DNA from: an uncultured Treponema sp.
GTDB taxonomy: Bacteria; Spirochaetota; Spirochaetia; Treponematales; Treponemataceae
DNA length: 64,000 nt
Direction of reading: 5' to 3'
Assembly: GCA_947165895.1 (NCBI GenBank)
Contig: CAMVCB010000002.1
Span: 288,155-352,154, forward strand
A program made the translations under genes and the position numbers. The first letter of the stretch is position 1. Every line of letters begins with the position of its first letter. Under the pieces are notes generated by a model that had not been told where the DNA came from, did not search any database, and worked only from the letters and a program-made list of their open reading frames with translations. This document shows, piece by piece, positions 10,386-20,500 of the stretch.

Positions 10386-10711
10386 AATTTACAAATGTAA
10401 TCATAAGTTTTTTATTTTATGCATTTTTCTCTATTGAATCTGTTCAGGCTCTTAAGGGCCTTTTCAGGATGGAGCAGAAAAGGGATTTCTTCAAAAATGA
10501 GGCCTTGTGCACGCGTTTTCTTTCTCAGAGTTTTAAAAATACCTGCATGAATTGTGGATTTGAAAATCTTTCTGAATGGAAGAAATGCTGCCGGGTCTTG
10601 TGGAAGCTGGACTACATTGATTTCAGAGAGGGGGAAGAATTTTTGTGCGGAGTGTGGACTTATGATTGCAGACGTTATGAGGTTTATTTTCGAAAAAATA
10701 AAGTGGAGTGA
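10382..10711 (+). CDS. hypothetical protein, hydrophobic pseudopilin-like N-terminus
   Basis: 109-aa ORF, translationally coupled on both sides. The N-terminus MKFTNVIISFLFYAFFSI resembles a leaderless, E5-less pseudopilin helix. No other motif. Confidence 0.5.
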   Translation: MKFTNVIISFLFYAFFSIESVQALKGLFRMEQKRDFFKNEALCTRFLSQSFKNTCMNCGFENLSEWKKCCRVLWKLDYIDFREGEEFLCGVWTYDCRRYEVYFRKNKVE

Positions 10712-10713
10712 AA

Positions 10714-11976
10714 ATGGAATTAAAAAAGAACCTGATCTGGAAAAAAGATTATGAACGCTATTCTGTAAGGCTTCCCTTTCGTGTTTTTTTGAGCCGGAAA
10801 ACAAACCGCAGCCGTTTTATGTTCGGTGAACTTGAGAAAATGCATCCCTGTTTTTCAGACGAGTGCACTTTTGACTCAAAAATAAAAGTCGGAAGAAGAG
10901 GCCTGGTTTCTGATGTTGTTGTGATGAACAGCCTGAAACTTTCTGAATATAAAACGAGATATCTTGGAAAAAAGCTTTTTCTTGAAGGAAATCCGGAAAA
11001 ATGTGTATTCAAAAAGAAAGGAATAAAGACCCCGCTTTCTGCAGCTCTGATTTTATTTGCAGTGCTTGTGACTTTGATTTTTACAGGAAGAAATCAGCTT
11101 CAGACTGTGAAAAATGAAACTTTTGTCAGAGGGGAAAAGGAAGCTGCCGGAGAAGAAAAAATTTCTTCTTTTGAAAGTGATATTCAGACTGGAAAACTTC
11201 CGGGTGAACTAACAGACTGCTTTCTTTCAATTATTGAAGCAGAAAGTGCATTTTTGAGCGGGCTTGAATGGACTTGTGACGGTATGAATGAAAGCTTTTT
11301 TGCTTCCGCTGCTTATATTCATCCTGACCGTTTATTGAAGAATGCTGAAATTGAACTTTCTGCGGTGACTTACAGGAATAACGTGCCTTATTTTACGGCT
11401 AAAGGAAAATGCAGAGTGAGGAAATCGAATATGAATCAAACTGAAATTGTATGGACAAATGGTAAAACCGGGATTTTTGATGCGGATGAAGAAGTTTATG
11501 CAGAGCTTAGAAATATTATCGGGCGTTTCGGGGCAGAATTTCTGGAAGAAAAGTTCAATCCCTGGAAAATCCGTTTTATTTTGAAAAATGCCACACTTAA
11601 TGAAACGGAATCTCTTATTTCTGAAATGGCAGCTTTTATTTTGAAAACCGGAATAGCAATAAGGCGGCTTGTAATAAGAAAGGGCGGCTTTGATGACTTT
11701 GAGCTTGAAATCGAGACAGCGCCTGAGCTCGAACCTTTTATGGGGGTAAATCTGAGCATACTGGAAAAGCGTTTCAGACTTTTCGGACTGAAAAATAAAA
11801 GAGAAAAGGTTCAGTCATATCAGATTGCTGTTGAAAAAAAGACTCCTGCAAAAGAAAAGAGTCTTCCTGTCGGGCAAAGTCTGAAAAAAATAGGGGAGAT
11901 CCGGCATAAGGACGGAAGTTTTGTGGTTTATTTCAAAAATCAGCAGGGAAAAATTATAAGCGAAGTGGGGAACTGA
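10714..11976 (+). CDS. bitopic membrane protein of unknown function (GspL/M-like topology only)
   Basis: ATG 10714 lies 5 nt after GGAG; GTG 10708 is an alternative start. About 110 aa cytoplasmic, one TM helix (LSAALILFAVLVTLIF), about 290 aa extracytoplasmic. Confidence 0.6.
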   Translation: MELKKNLIWKKDYERYSVRLPFRVFLSRKTNRSRFMFGELEKMHPCFSDECTFDSKIKVGRRGLVSDVVVMNSLKLSEYKTRYLGKKLFLEGNPEKCVFKKKGIKTPLSAALILFAVLVTLIFTGRNQLQTVKNETFVRGEKEAAGEEKISSFESDIQTGKLPGELTDCFLSIIEAESAFLSGLEWTCDGMNESFFASAAYIHPDRLLKNAEIELSAVTYRNNVPYFTAKGKCRVRKSNMNQTEIVWTNGKTGIFDADEEVYAELRNIIGRFGAEFLEEKFNPWKIRFILKNATLNETESLISEMAAFILKTGIAIRRLVIRKGGFDDFELEIETAPELEPFMGVNLSILEKRFRLFGLKNKREKVQSYQIAVEKKTPAKEKSLPVGQSLKKIGEIRHKDGSFVVYFKNQQGKIISEVGN

Positions 11977-11977
11977 C

Positions 11978-12583
11978 ATGAAAAAGAATATTTTACCTGC
12001 TCTTTCATTTATTTTATCTTTTCTGTTCTTTTCGTGTGCTTCAAATCCTCGTTTTAAAGGAAGCGGTGATTTTTGCGGCATGGTAGTTGACGAACAAAAT
12101 CAGCCTGTAAATGAGTACCTGATAAACTGCCGGCGGGACGGTGTCATTTTTGGCAGTGCGCTTACAAATCAAAGCGGAATTTTTGTAATTCAGAATCTTC
12201 CTGCCGGTAAATACAGCCTGGATGGTCAAAAGGAAAATTATTCGGATATAAAAAATCTGAAAGTTGACTTTTGCTTTAGGGATAAGTTTTTCTGCTGTTC
12301 TGTTTTTTCACCAGACGGAATGTTTGAGCATCTGAGAAGCCTGATAAAAATAGAAGATTATGATACAGCCCTGAAAGAGCTGGAATTGTTACGGTGCAGA
12401 AAGGATTCCTGTGTTGCAAAAATTTGTCTCTGTTATCAGGCCTGGCTTTATGCCTTAAAGAAGGATAGAAAGATGACTTTTCTATTTTTGAAAAAGATCA
12501 GGAAATCGAAAGATTCTGATTTTGACAAATTCGCAGACAAAATGGAGGTGCTTTTGAATGGAAAGAATGATGAAGAAATGTAG
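11978..12583 (+). CDS. lipoprotein with carboxypeptidase-regulatory-like beta-sandwich domain
   Basis: Lipobox-like LFFSC|AS. GMVVDEQNQPV...NQSGIFVIQNLPAGKYSL matches the CarboxypepD_reg pattern. Helical C-terminus. Confidence 0.65.
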   Translation: MKKNILPALSFILSFLFFSCASNPRFKGSGDFCGMVVDEQNQPVNEYLINCRRDGVIFGSALTNQSGIFVIQNLPAGKYSLDGQKENYSDIKNLKVDFCFRDKFFCCSVFSPDGMFEHLRSLIKIEDYDTALKELELLRCRKDSCVAKICLCYQAWLYALKKDRKMTFLFLKKIRKSKDSDFDKFADKMEVLLNGKNDEEM

Positions 12584-13046
12584 TTTGTCAGGAAAAATCG
12601 TTATGAGCTTTTTTCTTTTGATTATGCTTTTGCTTTTGCCGGTATCCTGTTCATCAAACCTTGGAATTAATGCCTTTGAAAAACAAAGGGTGCCATATGC
12701 TCTGACTGCAAAAATGGTGACGGAAAGCTCAAACGTTTATGAAGTGGCAGGAATTGATTTCAGTTTTTTGAATCGGAGCGGGAAAGCTGTCAAATCCTTT
12801 ACTATGGTCTTTTTTATGTACGATGAGGATGGAAATCCACCGGGAATCGGTAATAACGGCGTAAAGCTTGAAATCCAAGTCGATGTTGCAGCCGGCGAAT
12901 GTGAAGAAGATCTTATCAGTATGGATCGTTTTTTATATGAAATCCCTGATAGTCCTTATCAGCTGGATTATCTTTATGTGAGCCGCATCCTTTACGAGGA
13001 CGGCTCTGAATGGAGTGACCCTTATGGCATGTATGCAATTAACTAG
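12558..13046 (+). CDS. small lipoprotein, unknown function
   Basis: GGAGG lies 9 nt upstream of ATG 12558. Signal sequence plus lipobox LLPVSC|SS. 162 aa. Confidence 0.65.
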   Translation: MERMMKKCSLSGKIVMSFFLLIMLLLLPVSCSSNLGINAFEKQRVPYALTAKMVTESSNVYEVAGIDFSFLNRSGKAVKSFTMVFFMYDEDGNPPGIGNNGVKLEIQVDVAAGECEEDLISMDRFLYEIPDSPYQLDYLYVSRILYEDGSEWSDPYGMYAIN

Positions 13047-14496
13047 AAAAGTCTTTCTTTTTGCAGCCGGCTTTTTCATCTTTTTGCTTCTTTTTTCCTG
13101 TTCTGCTTTGACTGGGATTTTTGATTATGAAAGGGGAGAGCCCTTTGTCATAAAAAAGGAAGCTTCCCCTCCTGTTGTTGAAGAACCTGAGCCTTCTGCC
13201 ATTACTCCACCTTCCCAGCCTGCTGTGAAGGAACGTCTGTGGACGATTCTGCTTTACATGTGTGCAGATAATGATCTTGAAGCTTCTGCTATGGAGGATT
13301 TATGTGAAATGGAGTTTTCTTCCCTGGATACACAGGCTGTTACCCTTCTTGTGCTCTTAGACAGGAGTCCTGCATACGACACTTCTTATGATAACTGGTA
13401 TGGAAGCAGGCTGTATAAGGTTCAGAGCGGGCGGACGGCTGATTCCAGATTTCTGATTTCACAGGAAATTGAATGCCGGGATCTGGGACTTGAAGTCGGG
13501 AAGGAAACAGAGCTTGATATGTCTTCAAGTTATGTGCTTTCTTCAAGCCTTGCTTATGCCAGAAAAAAGTTTCCTGCAAATAATTATGGACTTATTATCT
13601 GGGGACATGGAACCGGCTGGAGGAGCGGGGATTTGACTAAGCCTGAAGAATCTGTTTTTGATACCGGATTATTCAAGGGCTTTGCATATGACGGAAGTTC
13701 GGGAACTTATATGACGCTTTATCAGACTGGGCAGGGAATTAAGGCCGGTTTAAACGGTATGAAACTTGATTTTCTGGGATTTGATACCTGCTATGGGGCA
13801 GAATTAGAGGTTTTATACGAGCTTAAAGATTATGCAAAAATCTGCGTTGGCTCTGAAGGTTTGATTTCTTCAAGCGGATGGAATTACCAGGAGCTTTTTA
13901 CTTTATTTGAAGAATCAGAAAAAAGCCCTTCTGATTTAAGTTCCGCAGTTATAAATCAGTTTAAAAATCAATATGCCTATAAAACCGGAGCTTCTGTAGT
14001 CTGCCTTGATATGGAAAATGTACAGCCATTTTTTGATGCCTGTAATTCTTTCTGGAAAGCATGTGCCCTTAAAATTGACAGCCGTAAAGTTCGTGATGAT
14101 CTGATGGGGCTTTTATATTCGTCATCATCCTGCCCTGTAAAACGCTATAGCTATGGAACTGGCGGAAGTGATATTTACCTTGATCTTCCCTCTATGCTGA
14201 CGGCTCTAAATGCTTATTTTTCGACAGCTGAAATTACAGAAAAGTATGAAGCTTTTACCGGGGCAAAAGATGCTTTTATTAAAGAAAACTGGGCTTCTGA
14301 CGGAAGCAGCGGGGGAGTCGGGATTTATTTTTCGACTTTGAGTGACAGTGCAAATCTTTCTGTCAGTCATCCAGCGGCCTATAAAAAAGGGACCTGTGCA
14401 GATCAGATTGCTTTTGTAAATGACTGTGAGGGCTATGTGCCGGCTCAGAATGATGGAAAAAGTTTTTTGACAAAGCTTTTTTATACTCAATTCTAA
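13033..14496 (+). CDS. peptidase C11 (clostripain-family) lipoprotein
   Basis: Lipobox LLLFSC|SA. LLYMCADNDLE, the catalytic-His context IIWGHGTGW and the catalytic-Cys context LGFDTCYGA fit clostripain-family peptidases. Alternative starts are GTG 13015 and ATG 13024. Confidence 0.8.
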   Translation: MQLTRKVFLFAAGFFIFLLLFSCSALTGIFDYERGEPFVIKKEASPPVVEEPEPSAITPPSQPAVKERLWTILLYMCADNDLEASAMEDLCEMEFSSLDTQAVTLLVLLDRSPAYDTSYDNWYGSRLYKVQSGRTADSRFLISQEIECRDLGLEVGKETELDMSSSYVLSSSLAYARKKFPANNYGLIIWGHGTGWRSGDLTKPEESVFDTGLFKGFAYDGSSGTYMTLYQTGQGIKAGLNGMKLDFLGFDTCYGAELEVLYELKDYAKICVGSEGLISSSGWNYQELFTLFEESEKSPSDLSSAVINQFKNQYAYKTGASVVCLDMENVQPFFDACNSFWKACALKIDSRKVRDDLMGLLYSSSSCPVKRYSYGTGGSDIYLDLPSMLTALNAYFSTAEITEKYEAFTGAKDAFIKENWASDGSSGGVGIYFSTLSDSANLSVSHPAAYKKGTCADQIAFVNDCEGYVPAQNDGKSFLTKLFYTQF

Positions 14497-14510
14497 AAAA
14501 AAGGTGAAAT

Positions 14511-17500
14511 ATGAAAAAAATAAGGAAAAGTTTTATTTTACTCTGCCTTCTTATGGCAGGTCTTTCAAATATTTATGCTAAAGGTGGTTCCGGCTCTGGA
14601 GGAAGCGGATCTTCAGCTTCCGGCGGAAGTTCGTCCTCTTCTTCCGGCAGTTCATCTTCCGGGGGCAGCTCTTCCTCATCAGGAGGCTCTTCCGGCTCTT
14701 CTTCAAGTTCCTCTTCCTCATCATCAAGCTCTTCCTCTTCGTCAAGTTCTTCCTCCTCTTCTTCTGGCACAGGAAGTTCTTCATCTTCATCAAACGGCGG
14801 CTCGTCATCAGGCTCTAATTCCTCATCGTCTTCCTCAAATTCGACTTCTTCAAATTCTGCCGGCAATTGTCCTTCAACAATCGGTTATTCAGGTTATCCC
14901 GGAAGCGGCAGAAACACTGCAACAGGAGAAGGTTATGCAGCGCATTACAGCCCTCCTTCGAAAGCAGGTGTTACAGGTTCTGCTATGGACGGGCATATTT
15001 CTCCTGAGCAGGAGGCGGAAACTGCAGCTTCCTTATGTCTTGCAAATATTGCAACAATGGAAAATCAAATCAGTGAGATTAATGGAAAAATGGAAAATCT
15101 TAGTCCTGACGATCCTGCTTACGACGCCCTTGCAAATGCGGCTGCAAAACTTTCCGCAGAAGTTGCCGCAATCCGCAGCTGGCAGGAAGAAAGTAAGAAT
15201 GTGGCAGATATGCGAAATGTTCATTTTAAGGATACTGAGGTGGCAGGGGATCCTGTTCATATATTTACAGGAAATTTTCTTGCGGATTATGTTGATTTTA
15301 AGGCAAGAGACGGAATTACAGGCTTTGAAGTGAAGAGAAAGTATTCTGCGGCTCATAGTGCCGAATCCTTTGGCAGCGGCTGGATATGTCCTTTTGATTC
15401 CAGAATCATCAGGGCAAGGCCGGATGATGTTATGGATTGCAGGGATGACATAAATAAGGCTATTGAGCTTTGTGATAAGGGTATGGAATCTGCTTCAAAA
15501 TATATTTCTACTTATGGAGACAGATTCCCTTCTGAGAAAATAAATCAGGCCTTTGAAAGAATGAAAGGCGAAAAAGAAAAATACGAAAAGCTGAAAGAGG
15601 CGATTGAAAAGCAGCTTGCGGAAAATGCGCTTATTGATGAATTGAACAGCTTTGTGACTTATGGGGATTATGGGGATAGAAGTCAGTTTAAGGGAGCCTT
15701 TAATCAGTTTATTTTTGTAAATGAAAAGGGAGATTCAATTCTCTTTCATTATGCCGGAGGCGGATTGTGGATTCCTTACGAAACTGCAGCGGCGCAAAAG
15801 ATGACAGTTTACGGACTAAAAGAAAACGGCAGTCCTTCAGACAGCATTGATTGTCCGGGCGGATATAAAATTCTTTTTGCAAGCGGAGATCAGACCTTTT
15901 ATTCAAAATACGGGCTTATGACAAAGAAAATCTGTCCCAATGGAAATGTTACAATTTTTGATTGCGGCGCAAAAAAAGATGGAAGTATAATCCTTCCAAC
16001 CGGTGAACAGCTTAGGGTAAGCCGAAACAATGATAATTTAATTGAAAGAATTGAAGGCAGTGTTTCTGGTTTTACAGAGTATGTCTATTCAGAAAAAAAA
16101 CTTGTCTCAGTGCTTGATAATGAGGGAATCCGGGTAAACTTTTCCTATGACTCAAAAAATAATCTGAAAGAAATTCATAAGGCTGATGGAAAATCTGTAA
16201 AGCTTATATATGAGTTTAATTCAGCATTTCAAAAGGAAATGTGTGTCTGCGTTACTGATGAAAACGGCAATTCAGAATATTTTTCATATAATCCCGCTGC
16301 TGGTCAGGTTACTCATAGAACTGTTGACGGAGGAAGTGAAGTTTTTCGTTACAATAATAAGGGGGTAACAGTATATAAGCGGGCCGTAGACGGAACAGAA
16401 AGCTATTATTATCCAGATGAAAAAGGATGTATAGAAAGAAAAGTTGAAAACGGTCTTTCAAAAAATTATTCCTATGACAGTTCTTTTCGCATATCCGGTG
16501 TTACTTATGGAAGCGGAGGCTCTGAATCATATTCTTACAGCAGTAATGGTAAGGTATCAAAAATTACAGACAGTGATGGTTTTTCAAACAGCTGGAATTA
16601 TGATTCAAGGGGAAATCTTACGGAAAGCTATTTTAATGAAAAAAGAATTTCTTCCTGCTCTTATTATTCCAACGGACTTTTGAAAAGTCTTGAGGAAAAT
16701 TCAAAAAAAACGGAGTTTTCCTATAATCAGTTTGGTTATATAAGTTCAAAAACTATCCTTGCAGATGGAAAAAGCTTAAGTGAAAGCTGGGAATATGATT
16801 CAAAGTGCCGTGTATCAAAATATAGGGATATTTACGGGGTGGAAACAAAAATTACATATCCCGATTTATTTTCCAGAATCGAAATTTCCGGCAATCAGAA
16901 AAAGACTGAAAGACATTTTAACGAAAGGCTTTTTGAAATAGAAACTATTGAAACTGATTTGAAGAGCGGTATTTCCTATAAAAAAAATGTAGAGTATGAC
17001 GGCCGGGGAAATCCCTTAAAAATCTGGATGAATGGAAAGTTACTTTGTGAATATGAATATATGCCGTCTGGGAAATTGAAGGCCTATAGTGTGCAGGGGG
17101 TTCGAACTGAATACCTTTATGATAATGCCGGCCGGATTCTGGAAGAAAAGCGTAAAATCCAAAATGGTGAAAAAAGCGGTCAAAAAAATATCCTCCCGGG
17201 GGAGTATATTATCTCTTCTGCTTCGTACAGAAAGAGCGGAAATAATCTTGTTGTAAATGTGATTAAAAATGGAAAAGCAATTCAATATATTTACAATAAC
17301 AGGGGCTTTCTCATAAAGGAAAGTTTTCCGGGCGGGGCATATCGAAATTATTCCTATACGGCCTCGGGACGTCTTGAAAGTATAAGTGACAGCTGCATGA
17401 ATCTTTACCGTCGTACATATTTTCGGGATGGAAGCTATTCTGATTCCCAGAAAAATTATCTGCAAAACTCACGGAAGCTGGACTTTTCTCAGAGGGGATT

Positions 17501-20500
17501 ATTAAAGGCTTCAAGAGATTTTATGGGAAATGAAACTTATTATAAATACGATTCCTTCTGCAATCTGCTGGAAGAAAGCTCCCCAGCCTGCCTGAAAAAA
17601 TATACTTATGATAAATACAGTCGTCCATCCGGCTTTTCAATTATTGATTTTGACGGAAGTGTCTGTCTTGAAGAAGAGTACCTGTATAATTATGAGCAGA
17701 AATCTCTGTTTGAAAAATGCGGCGGCAAAAATAAGAGGACTCTTTTTTATGACTGCTGGGAGCGGCCTGTAAAAATAATCAGCGGGGAAGGCGAATTAAG
17801 TCTGGATTACGATGCTCTTGGAAACTGCATAAGGATTTTTGACGGAAAAAGGGAAGCTTTATATGAATACAGTCCTTTCGGTACTCTTGCTTCTAAGGTG
17901 ATAAAGAGCGGGGAAGGGCGGGAACTCTACCGCATGGAAAGGTCATACAATCTTCTGGGAGCTTGTGTAAATGAGAATCAAATGGGAAATTCTGTCTTTT
18001 CCTGTGAATTTGATTCTGCCGGTCGTGTAAAACTTTTTGAAAATAACTTTGGTAACTCCTTTCAATATGATTATGATGATGATGGAAATATTAAGTCTTT
18101 AATTTCCGGCAGTGGTGGTAAAACTTCATTCAGTAAAAATTCATATGAGTTTTCTATTATTAACGGGGAAAAATCAAAATATTCCTATGTCTTTAATCCT
18201 TCTGGCAGTCTTTTGATGGAGGAATCCCCCCTGGGAAAGAAAAAACAGTATGAATATGACAGGAACGGAAGACTTATGTGGCAGACTGGCTTTTCCGGTA
18301 ATAGGCAGCTTGTAAACAGAAACTATTCTGATGGAAGCTGTTCAATAGACTTTTATAATGGAGAAAAGTTTTTTATCAGAAAAAATCCTCTGGGCTTGAT
18401 ACAAAAAATAGATTCTGATTTTTCTTCTGTTGAATATGAATATGACAGAGGGGGAAGACTTTCCTCTTTTCGTGATTTGAAGAATAATATTGAAGTTTTT
18501 TACGCTTATGATGATTATGGACGCTGTATTTCAAAAAAGACAAAAAACAATGAATTTTCATATTTATATAATTCTGAAGGACTTGTAAAAGAAATCAGCG
18601 AAGGTAATTCTTCTTTTTATGTTCAGTTTTTTTATGACGATTTGAAAAGGGAAGTATTAAGGCATTTTTCTAATGGTGTGGAGATTAAAAGCGCTTATAA
18701 TGATAAAGGCTTAAAAAGCTTTTCCGAAAGCAGGGATTCTCTTGGAAATTTGATTTGTGCAGATTATATAATTTATGATGATAAAAACCGTATTCAGTAT
18801 GTCTGTGATAAAAATTGTAATATAAAGCACTTTTCTTATGATAATAAAGGCCGTCTTCTTTCAGCGACATTTCCTTATAGTGAAGAGATTTGCCTGATGG
18901 CAAAAAAAGAAGTTTTGGATTGTGGACTTTATTTAAAATCTGATCATCCGGACGGCAAAAATGTTAATTTTGAAGGTGAGGGAATTGCCAGTATCAACAG
19001 ACTTTTGCAGACCGCGGGAAATTCTGCCAGAGTTCCCCAGATTCAGTATTCATGGATTGAAAAATATGACTACACGGCTACGGGTGCTGTAAAATCAGTG
19101 GAAAATCCCTTTGGAAAAATTAATTATGAGTATGATGCCTTCGGACGTCTTATGAAAAAATACAGTTCAAATTCAAAAGATGAAGGTATGTCCTTTTTCT
19201 GGAATGAGGATAACTGCCTTGAAAAAATCTCAGGGAAAAATACAGAAGTTCTCCTTTCTTATGGGGCAATGTTGAGACCTGTCATAATAATCCAAAGAGA
19301 CAAAATAAGTGGAAATGCCCTGTCTTTTGAATACAGATATGATGCTCTGGGAAGACGTATTTATGAAAAAACTGCTTCAGGTATGGAAACTGCCCTTTTG
19401 TATGACGGCAGTGGAAATAATCTCCTTATGAAAATACCCCTGCGCCAGAATGGAGTAAGTGATTTTTCGGGGCTTTATGCAGCAAATAATATTGCAGAAG
19501 GGGCTTATGATTTTTCCGGCTATTCAGAAGGGGAAGGTGTAAAGACCGGTATATTTGAAAATGCACATTCCGGTGCCCGGGCCGGTTATAATCTGTCTGA
19601 AAAAGTAAAAAATACAGGCCGGATAAATGAAATCGAAAAATCTTTTCAGGAAGATAACAGAGTCTGCCTGTTTCTGAATCTTTGCGACGGCTCGTCTGTT
19701 CGTTTTTATACAGGAAGCGGAGGGCTTTCTGATATTGATTTAGTAACTGCAGATTTCAGGGGAAATGCCACTGCTGTTTTTTCAGGCAGTTCGGAATGTT
19801 CTTCCTTAATGGAATATGATGTCTGGGGAAATACGATAAAATCAGGTGGAAATGAAAAATTCAGCGGGTCAACAGGCAAAAATCGTTCTGCATTTCTTTT
19901 TTACAATCTTTCCAGCCGGGATTATTGCCCGGAACTAAAATGCTTTACATCCATGGATGCCGCAAAAGACGGAGCAAACTGGTTTTCTTTCTGTTCCTGT
20001 GATCCTGTAAACTTTTATGATTCTACAGGTTTTACAAAAAACAGTCTTACAGATAAAGAAGCCTATGATTATGCCTGTGCAATTATCTCTTTAGCATATG
20101 AATTTTCGGTGATGAATTATTATACCGAAGGAAATTCATATTTCATTCCCTCATCCTTTGACTGTGCGGATGTTTCCTATGCAATGGACTGTCTCGCTTC
20201 TATGTATGCAGGGCTTGAAGCCAATTCGGAAAAAGCCGCTGCCTTCAGGTCTGCATTTGCTAAAGGTGATGTAAAGGGTGCTGCCGCCGCTGTCTGTTCA
20301 AGTGATTTTTTCGGCGCTGATTCAAATGCCTTTATAAAGACTTCTGCCGGTTTTGACCGTGACCTTCTTGCAAATTTTAAGACCTATTTTAATGAACACG
20401 GAAATTATAAGGATGTTCCGGCTTATATTTCTGAAATGAGAAATCGTGCAGATGCCATCAGTGCTTTACGAAATCCCAATATTGTTACACCGGGAACAGT

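Noticed and set aside
14573-14866. Minus-strand ORFs encoding poly-Glu/Asp/Lys peptides (14573-14866 and 14578-14808), and the +2 frame ORF 14575-15333.
   Set aside because: They are mirror or alternate-frame artefacts of the Ser/Gly codon tract inside the RHS gene. They have no RBS and lie fully within a strongly supported CDS.
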